A stretch of 64,000 nt of DNA from positions 64,743 to 128,742 of the forward strand of contig JAZUMQ010000049.1 of assembly GCA_045603745.1 (NCBI GenBank), in the 5' to 3' direction. The number at the start of each line of letters is the position of its first letter. Within the stretch, counting starts at the first letter, position 1. This document shows positions 47,859 to 58,300 of this stretch, one piece after another. Below the pieces are notes generated by a model. It made no database searches and was not told the origin of the DNA. It saw only the letters and a list, made by a program, of their open reading frames with translations. Source of the DNA: Eubacteriales bacterium. GTDB lineage: Bacteria > Bacillota > Clostridia > Oscillospirales > UBA644. The position numbers and the translations under genes are program-made.

Positions 47859-49028
47859 ATGCTGAATTTTGAATTTTGCAGTCCTACCCGGTTTCTTTTC
47901 GGAAAAGGAACCGAAGAAAAAGCCGGAGAAATGATAAAAAAATGCGGCGGCACAAAAGTATTGATCCATTATGGCGGCGGTTCCGTCGTCCGTAGCGGAC
48001 TTCTGGAAAGAGTGAAAGATTCTCTCCAAAAAGAGTCCATTGAGTTTTTGGAATTGGGAGGAGTTCAACCAAATCCCCGAAGCGGCTTAGTCTACCAAGG
48101 AATCGACCTTTGCCGAAAAGAACAGGTGGATTTTATTCTGGCGGTAGGAGGAGGTTCGGTGATTGATTCATCGAAAGCCATTGCCGCAGGCGTTTTGATG
48201 GATTGCGATTTTTGGGATTATTGGAAAATCAAAAAAACCATCACGGAAGCATTGCCCATCGGAACGGTCTTGACCATTCCGGCGGCGGGAAGCGAGGCCT
48301 CCGCAAACAGCGTCATCACCCACGAAGAAACCATGGTCAAGCGAGGGTGTGCAGGTGACGTTTTGCGGCCTCGGTTCTCCATTCTCAATCCGGAATTAAC
48401 TTTTACCCTTCCGGCATGGCAGACGGCAAGCGGTGCTTCCGACATTATTGCCCACGTGCTGGAGCGTTATTTCACCAATACGAAAGACGTGGAAGTAACC
48501 GACCGTCTTTGCGAAGCATTATTGCTGACGATGGTAAAAGAAACACCCCGGGTCATTGCCGACCCGCAGTGCTATGAAGCCAGGGCAAACATCATGTGGG
48601 CAGGGGTATTGGCCCACAATAACGTAGTGGGTGTAGGAAGAGAACAAGACTGGGCAACCCACGCCATCGAGCATGAGCTTTCCGCCCTGTACGACGTGAC
48701 CCACGGCGCGGGGCTTGCGGTGCTTTTCCCCGCATATATGGAAAAGACTTTATCCCATAACCCCAAGCGTTTCGCAACCATGGCGACCCGAATTTTCGGA
48801 ATCCAAAACACCGGGGACGATACCGAAACGGGGAAACTTGGAATTCAGGCGTGGAGAGACTTTTTCATCTCCATCGGAATGCCCGACAATCTCCGGGCGT
48901 TGGGGGTCAAGGAAGAAGACTTTGAATATATGGCAAATCGGTTATTGCTAAAAGCGGACGGAACGCTGGGCAACTTCGTAAAACTGACGCCTGCCGACGT
49001 AGTGGAAATCTATAAATCCTGTTATTAA
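47859..49028 (+). CDS. Iron-containing (group III) alcohol dehydrogenase, YqhD/BdhA-like
   Basis: Starts at ATG 47859 (MLNFEFCSPTRFLFGKG...). Motifs GGGSVIDSSKAIA and the His cluster HAIEHELSALYDVTHGAGLA. Confidence 0.9.
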   Translation: MLNFEFCSPTRFLFGKGTEEKAGEMIKKCGGTKVLIHYGGGSVVRSGLLERVKDSLQKESIEFLELGGVQPNPRSGLVYQGIDLCRKEQVDFILAVGGGSVIDSSKAIAAGVLMDCDFWDYWKIKKTITEALPIGTVLTIPAAGSEASANSVITHEETMVKRGCAGDVLRPRFSILNPELTFTLPAWQTASGASDIIAHVLERYFTNTKDVEVTDRLCEALLLTMVKETPRVIADPQCYEARANIMWAGVLAHNNVVGVGREQDWATHAIEHELSALYDVTHGAGLAVLFPAYMEKTLSHNPKRFATMATRIFGIQNTGDDTETGKLGIQAWRDFFISIGMPDNLRALGVKEEDFEYMANRLLLKADGTLGNFVKLTPADVVEIYKSCY

Positions 49029-49150
49029 AATTCAACAAAACGTAAAAACGCGACAGAACAAAATCCGTCGCGTTTTTATCATATATTTACATTTTTTGTT
49101 TGGTCATATTTTTACGTTCATAGGGAAGAATATGTGTAGGAGTGAATTTT

Positions 49151-49294
49151 ATGATTTCATTTTTTCTGGCACACATTCCGGCATTTTTAACCATGGGGAT
49201 TTCGATGATCGGGGCAACGTTGTTGCGCACCGCGGCTCAAATTTATGCAGACAAAGGAACAAAAGAAAAAATGCCCGCCGCAAACAATAAATGA
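49151..49294 (+). CDS. Possible 47-aa small membrane protein (not in the track)
   Basis: GTAGGAG, 8 nt, ATG; MISFFLAHIPAFLTMGISMIGATLLRTAAQIYADKGTKEKMPAANNK; one hydrophobic helix. Supported by SD spacing only. Confidence 0.3.
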   Translation: MISFFLAHIPAFLTMGISMIGATLLRTAAQIYADKGTKEKMPAANNK

Positions 49295-49311
49295 TTTGCG
49301 GCGGACATTTA

Positions 49312-50475
49312 TTAGATTAAGCGGTCGAGCAAATACCCGAAATAATCAAAAAATCCGGCTTTTTCTACCGATTCACAGGCGACGACGGGAACGGACAAAA
49401 CCTCCTCGCCCTCGTACATAAATTTTGCGGTGCCCACCACCTGCCCGGAAGCAACCGGAGCATTCAAAACTTCTTCCACGGTAATTTCCAAGGCGATCCG
49501 GGAGACTTCCGACTTTTTCACCACGATACAGAGATCTCCCTCGGCGGCAACGGAGACCGAATCGGCTTTCCCACGATTAACCGGAACTTTTGGGATTTCT
49601 CCGACAGAACGGCGAACGACGGCATATCCGGCAAAGCCGTAATCGAGAAGCGATGCGGCGGAGGCAAATCGCCCTTTGCTGGTCTCACCTCCCAATACAA
49701 CGGCAATTAAAGACATTCCGTCCCGGGTGGCGGTAGCGGCAAGGCAATGCCCGGCAGCTTCGGTATAACCGGTTTTCATGCCGGTAATCCCATCATAGGT
49801 TTTCAGCAGTTTATTGGTATTGGCAAGACCGAATCCCCCGTTGCGCAGAGAATCCATCCAGATTCCGGTATAGTCGAGAATGTGGGGGTGAGTCAACAAT
49901 TCTTTTGTAAAAAGTGCCACATCGTAGGCACAAGTATAATGATTTTCATCGGGAAGCCCGCAGGGGTTAACGAAGTTGGTATTTTCCGCCCCCAACTCTT
50001 TGGCGCGCTGATTCATACGCTCAACAAAGGCGGATTCACTGCCCGCAAGATATTCTCCCAACGCAACTGCCGCATCGTTGGCAGAATTGACGGCAACCGA
50101 TTTGAGAAGATCCCGTAGAGACATGGTCTCCCCTACTTCTAAATAGATCTGGGTACCACCGTAGGAACAGGCATTCTCCGAGGCGGAAACGGAGTCGTCC
50201 TCCGTCACGGCACCGGAATCCAACGCCTCCATCACCAAAAGCATGGTCATCACCTTGGTGACACTTGCGGGATATAATTTCGCTTTTGATTCGGATTCAT
50301 ACAACACCGTTCCGGTTTCCGCCTCCATGAGAATCGCACCCTTTGCGTCTAAGTTCAATTCCCCCGATGCCGCAACGCTCCCGCCAACGGCGCCCGTTCC
50401 TGACGCAGACAAGGGCAAGGCAAAAGCAACCGCCAGCACTCCAAACAAAATCAAAGAAAGAATCCGTTTCATCAT
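49312..50475 (-). CDS. Serine-type D-Ala-D-Ala carboxypeptidase (S11, DacB/PBP5-like)
   Basis: 387 aa with a signal peptide and SVTK (SxxK), SAN (SxN) and KTG motifs. Confidence 0.9.
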   Translation of the reverse strand: MMKRILSLILFGVLAVAFALPLSASGTGAVGGSVAASGELNLDAKGAILMEAETGTVLYESESKAKLYPASVTKVMTMLLVMEALDSGAVTEDDSVSASENACSYGGTQIYLEVGETMSLRDLLKSVAVNSANDAAVALGEYLAGSESAFVERMNQRAKELGAENTNFVNPCGLPDENHYTCAYDVALFTKELLTHPHILDYTGIWMDSLRNGGFGLANTNKLLKTYDGITGMKTGYTEAAGHCLAATATRDGMSLIAVVLGGETSKGRFASAASLLDYGFAGYAVVRRSVGEIPKVPVNRGKADSVSVAAEGDLCIVVKKSEVSRIALEITVEEVLNAPVASGQVVGTAKFMYEGEEVLSVPVVACESVEKAGFFDYFGYLLDRLI

Positions 50476-50546
50476 ACCATATTCCTCACTTTAAAAAAAA
50501 TATCCTCAACCCATAAATATGAGTTGAGGACTTGTTTTATTCAGGC

Positions 50547-51299
50547 TTATTCGGCTTGTTCTTCTTCTACAGATTCGGACGCTTCCGTTTCGGGGGCTTC
50601 CGATTCAGGTGTTTGAGAAACGGCAACGTACCGCTTCAACACAGGAAAGATCAAGGAATTGGAGACGAAGGTCATCACCGCAAAGGCGAGAAACAACGGA
50701 ATGGGAAAAGTCAGAGGCCAGAACAAGAACGTCAATATTCCCAGCAATGCCAAGACCAAAAGCATGACGATATTTCGCCAAAGTTGCGTCATGGCAAGAA
50801 TGACGCTGTTGCGGATCAATTGCTTGAGCGAAAGATCAAAGGAAACCATCATGGGATAAATATAGAAGGAGGCAAACAACAAAAGGTAGGCAAACACAAA
50901 CAGAACCACAACGGCAACGGTACGAAATCCGCCCGACACGTTAAGAGATTCATCGGTCCAACTGAAAAACGACCCGACCAGCAGTGCCCCGGAAACCAAC
51001 TGGATCAACCAAACGATGATTCCCTGTTTAAAGTGTTCTTTGCATTTTTCGATGAAATCCGAAAAGAAAAACACGGGTTTTGCCTGGGAAAAATTGCGAC
51101 AAACGTAGTTCATCGCCGCTGTGGCAGGTCCGATGGTAATGATGGGAACACAAGAAAGAAGGTAGAGCAGGTTTAACAAGATCAACTGCCAAAATCGATG
51201 CAAGAACTCGGTAAAAAACCGTTTCAACGGTGTTTCGGCAGAGACTTCGGCCTTGGTAACACCCCTGCCTTCTTTGTTATAATTAGGAAACAGATTCAA
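50547..51299 (-). CDS. YesL family (DUF624) membrane protein
   Basis: 250 aa with a TTG start behind GGAGGGA. IITIGPATAAMNYVCRNF is typical of YesL. Promoter TTGACA-17-TATAAT lies upstream on the minus strand. Confidence 0.8.
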   Translation of the reverse strand: MNLFPNYNKEGRGVTKAEVSAETPLKRFFTEFLHRFWQLILLNLLYLLSCVPIITIGPATAAMNYVCRNFSQAKPVFFFSDFIEKCKEHFKQGIIVWLIQLVSGALLVGSFFSWTDESLNVSGGFRTVAVVVLFVFAYLLLFASFYIYPMMVSFDLSLKQLIRNSVILAMTQLWRNIVMLLVLALLGILTFLFWPLTFPIPLFLAFAVMTFVSNSLIFPVLKRYVAVSQTPESEAPETEASESVEEEQAE

Positions 51300-51393
51300 A
51301 ATGATCCCTCCGATTTTATCATAGGTCTATTATAACAAATTCGGAGAGAACTGTCAAGAGAAAACACGGATTTTTTCGGAATTTCCCGATTTT

Positions 51394-51951
51394 TTATAAC
51401 AAATCCCGAATCTCCGATAAAATCAAAGGAGACAGAAACAGATCCCAAAGCAATACGAAGGCGGAACATTGAAAAATCACCAGAGAACGAAGAAAATAGG
51501 ATTTTATGCTCTGAAAAAAGGGAGTGGCATCTCCCTTTAATCCCCGAAACAGAGAAAAAGATTGGGGCAACGCGTCCCGAGTCGCCCGAATCAACAACAA
51601 GCATTCTGCGGCGGCAGAGGGAAACAAACACAATCCCAAAGGCAAAAAGCCTTTCGTTCCATAGGCAGCAAGAAACAATCCAGCAGTATACCCCAATCCG
51701 TAGGTCTTATAAAATACCAAAGGCAGGGCAATCAGCCACCCGAAAAGAAACACACCGCAACAAAACACGATTAATACGTAGAACGGCCCCGATCCAAAGG
51801 CGCGCAACCAGTTCGTTTCCGTCTCGGAATTCAGATATTGCAGCACCAACGACGTATCCGCGCCTCCCCGAAGGAGTACCGTCAAAACGCCGGAGAGGTA
51901 CCCGGCAAAAACCGTCACCGCCGCTGCGAGAAATGTTTTGTTTGATCCCAT
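51394..51951 (-). CDS. Integral membrane protein, possibly SpoIIM-like
   Basis: 185 aa with 5-6 TM helices. The family assignment is tentative and rests on size and topology only. Confidence 0.5.
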   Translation of the reverse strand: MGSNKTFLAAAVTVFAGYLSGVLTVLLRGGADTSLVLQYLNSETETNWLRAFGSGPFYVLIVFCCGVFLFGWLIALPLVFYKTYGLGYTAGLFLAAYGTKGFLPLGLCLFPSAAAECLLLIRATRDALPQSFSLFRGLKGDATPFFQSIKSYFLRSLVIFQCSAFVLLWDLFLSPLILSEIRDLL

Positions 51952-52124
51952 GATCCATCTTCCTTTCTTTTTTCAGATCCAAACACGCGTGGACATCCCT
52001 GAAAAAAGATATGAACCTGCTTCGTGAAATATGCAGATAGACAAGAAAACCGTTTCTTTTCCCCCTTCCTTAAAAACAACTTTCACAAAAAAGTGAAATA
52101 AAGTAAAAAAGAAGAAAAAAACTC

Positions 52125-52153
52125 TTGACAAAACGAAAAAAATGTGATATACT
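52125..52153 (+). promoter_or_regulatory. Promoter of tRNA-Leu
   Basis: TTGACA (52125-52130), 17 nt, TATACT (52148-52153). Confidence 0.6.
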
Positions 52154-52167
52154 TACAACGTTGATTC

Positions 52168-52254
52168 GCCGGTGTGGTGGAACTGGCAGACGCGCGGGAC
52201 TCAAAATCCCGTGGTAGCGATACCGTGTGGGTTCGACCCCCACCACCGGCACCA
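52168..52254 (+). tRNA. tRNA-Leu (anticodon CAA), class II with a long variable arm
   Basis: Acceptor GCCGGTG/CACCGGC, anticodon arm CGGGA-CT CAA AA-TCCCG, variable arm TGGTAGCGATACCGT, T arm GTGGG-TTCGACC-CCCAC, A-CCA end. 87 nt. Confidence 0.9.
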
Positions 52255-52256
52255 AG

Positions 52257-52289
52257 AAAAAAGACGATTCTACGGAATCGTCTTTTTTT
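52257..52289 (+). terminator. Terminator after tRNA-Leu
   Basis: AAAAAAGACGATTC-tacg-GAATCGTCTTTTTTT. Confidence 0.8.
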
Positions 52290-52322
52290 ATTAAAATAAC
52301 ATTGGAATCAGGAGAGGTTAGA

Positions 52323-53846
52323 ATGAATCGCCGTATCATTCAAGGGTTTTCTTGTTTTTTGCTGATTGTTTTCATCACTTTCTGCTTTTCCGCCTGCAAG
52401 GAAGAGCAGTTGCCACCCCGGAACACTTCGGACACGGACACATCAACTGTTTTTGGCTCACCCCTCGATACAAACACGAACGATATAAATTCCGAAGTCG
52501 ATCAATCTTCCGAATCCGATTCTGAAACAGAGACTGTCACAAACTCAAAAGAAGACGTCGACGTTTCTGAAGAAGATAAGGTCACGGACACTTCTTCTCA
52601 GACCGAGACAGGAACCGATAAGATTGCGAATTCTGAAGAAGATACTCCTACTTTGGATCAAAATACGACAAGCGAAACTGCTACCAATACCGATAAGGTC
52701 ACAGATTCCTCCAGCACCACGTCGTCTTCCGTCAGCACTTCAACGGTGACCTCCTCAACCGCGTCTGAGCCCTCTGATACGGTCAATCCCGACACAGAAC
52801 CGGAAGATCGTCCCTCCAAACCTGTCAATACCAACATCACTCCCGTATCTCCCGAAAATTATTACGGAATTCGTTGGCTTTCCGCCCAGCCTAACGGTGA
52901 AAACTTAGTAAAAACCTATCGGGAATTGGTTAGCGGGCTTAAAGAACAGCGCGAAACAATCCCCCTCTCTGCCGGAATTTCAATCAAAGAACTGGCGACG
53001 GTATGGAATTGTTGTCTGGCAGACTATCCCCAATATTTTTGGGTAGGCTTGAGATACCAATATTATCATATTAACAATAAAGTAACAAAAATTGCACCCG
53101 AGTACACCATAACGGGAAAAGACCTGTCCAAAGCGCAGGCGCAATTTGACCGAAGCGTACAAGAGCTACTCAAAAATATTACTTCTTCCATGTCTCAATA
53201 TGAGATCGAGAAGACCCTTCACGACCGCTTGATTCTTCAGTGCAAATACGAAGAATCCTCGAACGCCCATACCTCATATGGAGCTTTGGTAGATGGAGTT
53301 GCGGTATGCGAAGGCATTTCAAAAGCATTTCAGCATCTCTGCCGTTCGGTGGGGATCGAGACGTTGTTCGTCGTTGGGAGATCCGACAATCCTGACTCCG
53401 GAAACAGTGAAGGACACGCTTGGAACATTGTCAAAATTGACGAAAACTATTATCACGTGGACGTCACCTGGGACAATGCGGGAGAACCGAAAAAGGATCA
53501 GATTCACTACGCGTGGTTCAACCTCTCCGACCAATGGCTGACCGAAGATCACGTTTTACTGCAAGAAGGATATTCTTATCCGACTTGTACCGAAACGAAA
53601 GAAAACTATTTTGTGAAGACCAAGGGAACGATCTCCGAACTGACCGTCAAAAATATAACGGAAAAAGCTCAAAAACGCGGAAATACATTTTTCTTCCAAG
53701 GGTATCTCACCTCCAAAACCGATCCCTATGAATGGATCGAAAACAACGCCTCTTCTTTGGCAAAAGAATTCGGTTTGAACGGCTATCAGTATGAAGTTAT
53801 CACCGTGGGAAACGAAATTACCATTATCATGAAAAAATACTCTTAA
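52323..53846 (+). CDS. Lipoprotein with an acidic Ser/Thr-rich linker and a transglutaminase-like cysteine peptidase core
   Basis: Starts at ATG 52323 behind GGAGAGG. Lipobox LIVFITFCFSAC. A ~170-aa D/E/S/T-rich linker follows. Catalytic-type motifs VCEGISKAF, GHAWNIV and HVDVTWD (Cys-His-Asp). Confidence 0.8.
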   Translation: MNRRIIQGFSCFLLIVFITFCFSACKEEQLPPRNTSDTDTSTVFGSPLDTNTNDINSEVDQSSESDSETETVTNSKEDVDVSEEDKVTDTSSQTETGTDKIANSEEDTPTLDQNTTSETATNTDKVTDSSSTTSSSVSTSTVTSSTASEPSDTVNPDTEPEDRPSKPVNTNITPVSPENYYGIRWLSAQPNGENLVKTYRELVSGLKEQRETIPLSAGISIKELATVWNCCLADYPQYFWVGLRYQYYHINNKVTKIAPEYTITGKDLSKAQAQFDRSVQELLKNITSSMSQYEIEKTLHDRLILQCKYEESSNAHTSYGALVDGVAVCEGISKAFQHLCRSVGIETLFVVGRSDNPDSGNSEGHAWNIVKIDENYYHVDVTWDNAGEPKKDQIHYAWFNLSDQWLTEDHVLLQEGYSYPTCTETKENYFVKTKGTISELTVKNITEKAQKRGNTFFFQGYLTSKTDPYEWIENNASSLAKEFGLNGYQYEVITVGNEITIIMKKYS

Positions 53847-53861
53847 AAGAAAATTTGTATT

Positions 53862-54173
53862 ATGAAAAAATTAAACTTTTATTCCAAGGAGATAGCATTA
53901 CCGACGCCGGTCGAAATCGGGAAGATTACCACGATTTAGGAATGAGCTATCCCAAATATGTGCAGAAATTTTGACCAAACAATATCCTGACGTGACTTTT
54001 GAATTTATCAATCTGGGTATCAGCGGAAACCAAACGAAAGACCTGGTAGCTCGGTTACAAAAGATTTCATTGAAATTCAGCCTGACGTAATTTCCATTAT
54101 GATCGGAATCAACGACGCACCCCACGGAAAAGGGTGCAAAGTTCATCGGAAATCTTTATGCAGAATACATTAA
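53862..54173 (+). pseudogene. Degraded SGNH/GDSL hydrolase gene (several frameshifts, truncated at the 3' end)
   Basis: Three frames carry consecutive pieces: MKKLNF / FQGDSITDAGRNREDYHDLGMSYPKYV / AEILTKQYPDVTFEFINLGISGNQTKDLVARLQK / DFIEIQPDVISIMIGINDA. Blocks I-III are present and block V (DxxH) is missing. Confidence 0.75.
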
Positions 54174-54273
54174 ACCTTTGATTTGAGAAAACCATTGAAG
54201 ATAAGCAAAAAATCCACCAATTTTGGTGGATTTTTTGTACTATAATTAAACCAATTCGGTTTGAAAGATAGAG

Positions 54274-55056
54274 TTAAAACAGATCGACTAAATTCAGCTG
54301 ATATTTTTCAGCCAACTGCTCTGCCCGGTCAAAGGCGCAGTTCAGGGCATCTGCGGAATGGCAGTCAGAACCAATCATCACCTTCGCCTTATTTTGGCTC
54401 AAAAATTTCAAAATCTCCTCAGAAGGATAGGGTGTCATGCGTTTTTTTCGAGAGATGGCACCGGTATTGATTTCAAAAATCTTTCCGGCATCAATCAACT
54501 TCTTTGCGGCGAATTGCCAAGCAGCGGTGTAACGCGGAGTAGGAAGAAACAAAGGGGAATCCATCTCATCAAATTTCGTAATCAGATCAAAATGTCCCAC
54601 AACGGGAATAGCGGGATCTTCTGCGTAAGAGGAAACCAAAGCATAATACTCCTCCGCCAAAGCGTCCGCATCGTTGTCGTAATGATCTCGGATTGCATCT
54701 TGTAACGCCTGGCGAGATTCGTCCAGCGGCAGGTAGCAACCGTCCTTTTTCAGCCAATGAACCGAACCGATGACGTACTCAAATCCGTCGGGAACCGGTT
54801 CGGCAAGGGCATCTTGCTCCAATCCGACGTAAACGTTGATCTTCCCGGCGTATTTCTTTTTTAATTCATAAAGGGTTTCTTTATATTCGTCCATTCGCGA
54901 CCGAGGGGTGACCCAATGGGTGCAAAAATCCGTATAGGCATGGTCGGAAAATCCAATGGAATGAAACCCGAGGGCGATAGCAGCTTCAATCATTTCTTCA
55001 GGGGTGTTTTTACCATCACTGAAATTCGTGTGGGTGTGGTAGTTATATTTAATCAT
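54274..55056 (-). CDS. hisK: Histidinol-phosphatase, PHP family
   Basis: 260 aa: YHTHTNFSDGK, GFSDH, full-length PHP domain. Confidence 0.85.
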   Translation of the reverse strand: MIKYNYHTHTNFSDGKNTPEEMIEAAIALGFHSIGFSDHAYTDFCTHWVTPRSRMDEYKETLYELKKKYAGKINVYVGLEQDALAEPVPDGFEYVIGSVHWLKKDGCYLPLDESRQALQDAIRDHYDNDADALAEEYYALVSSYAEDPAIPVVGHFDLITKFDEMDSPLFLPTPRYTAAWQFAAKKLIDAGKIFEINTGAISRKKRMTPYPSEEILKFLSQNKAKVMIGSDCHSADALNCAFDRAEQLAEKYQLNLVDLF

Positions 55057-55324
55057 ACAAAAATTCCTTTCTTGTCACCGTCGATCTTCCCTCTTTCGGA
55101 AAGTGAAACCTTAAATTTCTTTTTGTACAGGCAAAAAAGAAGAAGATAAAATTCTTTCGGAAACGTCACGAAAGTAAAATTCACAACATACCGTCAAGCC
55201 ATTTTTTCCATTATATCATAATATGACGAAAAAAGCAATCTTTTTTTAAAAAAAAGAGATTGTGTCGCACACTTTTTTTATTTTGTAATGAGAAAAATAA
55301 GTACAAAGATCGGTGAAAAAACAC

Positions 55325-55362
55325 TTAAAACGACGCACCCTGCGAAATGATTCGCAGGGTGC
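55325..55362 (-). terminator. Terminator after the ABC exporter gene
   Basis: Minus strand: GCACCCTGCGAA-tcat-TTCGCAGGGTGC followed by GTCGTTTT. Confidence 0.7.
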
Positions 55363-55376
55363 TTACTTCATGTTGT

Positions 55377-58300
55377 TTATTCCGTTCTAAGAGCTACCAC
55401 GGGATCTTTCTTCGCGGCGGAGCGGGAAGGAATGATGCCGGAAATCAAGGTTAACAACACACTGATAACCACCAAAATCACGGCGGTGGGCAAGGGCAAG
55501 ATCGCCTTCAAATTGGAAATACCGGTCAGCGCGTTGAGAATCAGGTTGATGGGAATACAGAGAAGATAGGTGACCCCCACGCCAATCAGCCCCGACGCAA
55601 AACCGATGATCATGGTTTCAGCATTGAACATACTGGAAACGTTTCGCTTCGATGCCCCGATGGCGCGCAAAATTCCGATTTCCTTCGTCCGTTCCTGAAC
55701 GGAGATCAAAGTAATAACTCCGATCATAATGGACGAAACAATAAGGGAAATGGCGACGAACGCAATCAGAACGTAAGTGATGGCGTTGATGATAGTGGTG
55801 ATAGACGACATCATAATACCGATATAGTCGGTATAACGAATCTGAGACAATTCGTCTACCGTCCCGTTATATTCGGCAATGACTTCTTCGATAACGTCTT
55901 TGTTTTCAAAGGTAGAAGCGTAAAGATTGACGGTAGCGGGATCTTCCAAATCCAAACAGCCAAGTTCGATCAGATTCGCTTCGTAAGAAGATTCGGAAAA
56001 AACCAAAACTTCTTCGTAATAGATGGCGCACTGGGTGGTGGTGTAGGTGGGAAGCGCTATCTCCAAAGCGGCAACTTTCATAGCAGGTTCCATGGTCGCC
56101 ATCTGCTTTTGAACTCCGGCGGCGTACTGCATTTTAATTCCTTCGGTCACCATCTGTTCATACAACTCTGTCAGATCTTCATCGGACATAGAGGAGATAT
56201 AATCGGAAACTTCCTCTTCGTTCACGCCCATCTGTTGTGTCAATGTTTGCAACAGAGAGGTTTCCATAGTTTGGCGGGTGACGTTTGCCATGGCTTGAGA
56301 AAGGGCATTTGTCAAATATTCTTCCGAGGGAATAGACATAATCTTCACGTAAGCTTCCGCTTTTCCGCTTTCGGAAAGACCTGACACATACGCGCGGAAT
56401 TCCGCCTCTTTTTCCTCATCGGTCAGATTCCCGGTGGTTTCTTTAAAGGGAAGTCCGGTGAAAATATCGGTATGAAGATCCTTCTGTTGCGCCTGAATGG
56501 CGGCGGAGTCTTTAGAGTGTTCAATAATCAGCTCCGTCAAGGCTTTGGTATATCCAATGGAACCGGTGAGCATGGCAGAGGTTGCCTCTTCCCGAGGCCG
56601 CACAATGCCGGAAACTTTCAAGGTCATGGCGTTATCGTAAAGATAGCGAAGCCCGGCTTCGGTGTCCCGCAAATCGGTATAATAACCGGTTTTGGGATCA
56701 AACGTGTAACAATCGGAATTCAGAATGACCCGGAATTCCATCTCCCGCAATTCTTCGTAAGACCAGGATTTTTGTTGAATATTCAACTCCTCCCCGTCGA
56801 GAACCGCGTCGAACAACGCGTTGATCGTCTCTTCCGATTCCAAACCTAACGCATACAGAGTCAAATCGTCCAACTCGTTGTTTTCATCTACCACAAGAAC
56901 GATCTCGTTTGCTTCGTCGGGCCAAGATCCGCCGTCAATGATCTCATATTGATTTTTCACCACGGGGCTGATCAATCCGCCGTCCTTGGCAGACAAAATT
57001 TCCGTCCACAGATTCATAGAAGAAGCGGCGGGAGAAAGGGTCGTCATGGACGACATGGGAGAAGAAGCCCCTCCCATTCCCATCATGGGCGACATATCCA
57101 TGCCGAAATTTTCCGCCATGGCTTTGGAGAGCAATTCCCGGGTATCGGAATAAATGATATTGCCGTTCACGTTTTTCGTATAGACCAACAAATTCAGATC
57201 GTAGGTATACTGAACGCCGGAAAGGGCTTCGTTTAACCGGGAATCTTCCGATTTCAATTGCGTATCAATAAACTCCTTGAAAGACTTCAAATCGTTTTCG
57301 GTGGTTTCCAGATTGTTCATGGCATTGATCATTTCAAAGAGAACCGACTGAGAATAGACGGCGTTTTTGTCGTGATCGTCGCCGGTATTACTTGCCATAC
57401 CCATAAAAGTCTCCATCAGCGTGGTCAGGTCCACGTTGGTGGCTTCAATGGTCAAAGGATAGGAAGAAAGGGTATCTTCCTGCACCGCGTTGATATAGGC
57501 GGTCATACCTTGAGAAACGGCGTAAATCAAGGCAATTCCGATGATCCCGATCGACCCGGCAAAGGACGTCAACACCGTACGCCCTTTTTTGGTTAACAGG
57601 TTTTTCAGAGAGAGAGACAGGGCGGTAAAGAACGACATGGAAGGCTTTTTGGTCTTCTTTTTCTTTTCCTTTTTCTCCGGAACAAAATCCGGAATTTCTT
57701 CTGCCGTATAAGGAGCAGAATCGTCGATGATCTTGCCGTCCAACAACCGAACGGTACGGGTGGCGTATTGTTCCGCAAGTTCCGGGTTATGGGTTACCAT
57801 AATGACGAGCCGATCGTGGGCGATCTCTTTCAGCAGATCCATAACCTGAACGCTGGTTTCCGAATCCAATGCCCCGGTCGGCTCGTCTGCCAAAAGAATT
57901 TCGGGATCGTTAACCAATGCCCGCGCAATGGCAACCCGTTGCATTTGACCACCGGACATCTGATTGGGACGTTTTTTCAGTTGATCTCCCAACCCTACCT
58001 TTTTCAAGGCTTCCACGGCTTTGGCACGGCGTTCTTTTTTGGAGACCCCGGAAATGGTCAACGCCAACTCGACGTTGTTCAAGACCGATTGATGGGGAAT
58101 CAGATTATAACTTTGAAATACGAATCCGATGGAGTGGTTTCGGTAAGCGTCCCAATCCGCATCTTTGTATTTCTTGGTGGAAACACCGTTGATGGACAGG
58201 TCTCCGTCGGTATACTGATCCAATCCGCCGATAATGTTCAAAAGGGTGGTCTTTCCACACCCGGAAGGACCTAAGATTGCGACGAATTCATTTTTCCGGA

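Noticed and set aside
49096-49290. 64-aa plus-strand track ORF.
   Set aside because: It has no SD and begins inside the adh terminator region. A shorter ORF in another frame (49151..49294) has an SD and a membrane-helix-like sequence, although that one is also uncertain.
53898-54146. 82-aa minus-strand ORF.
   Set aside because: It is antisense to the recognisable, frameshifted SGNH hydrolase remnants on the plus strand.
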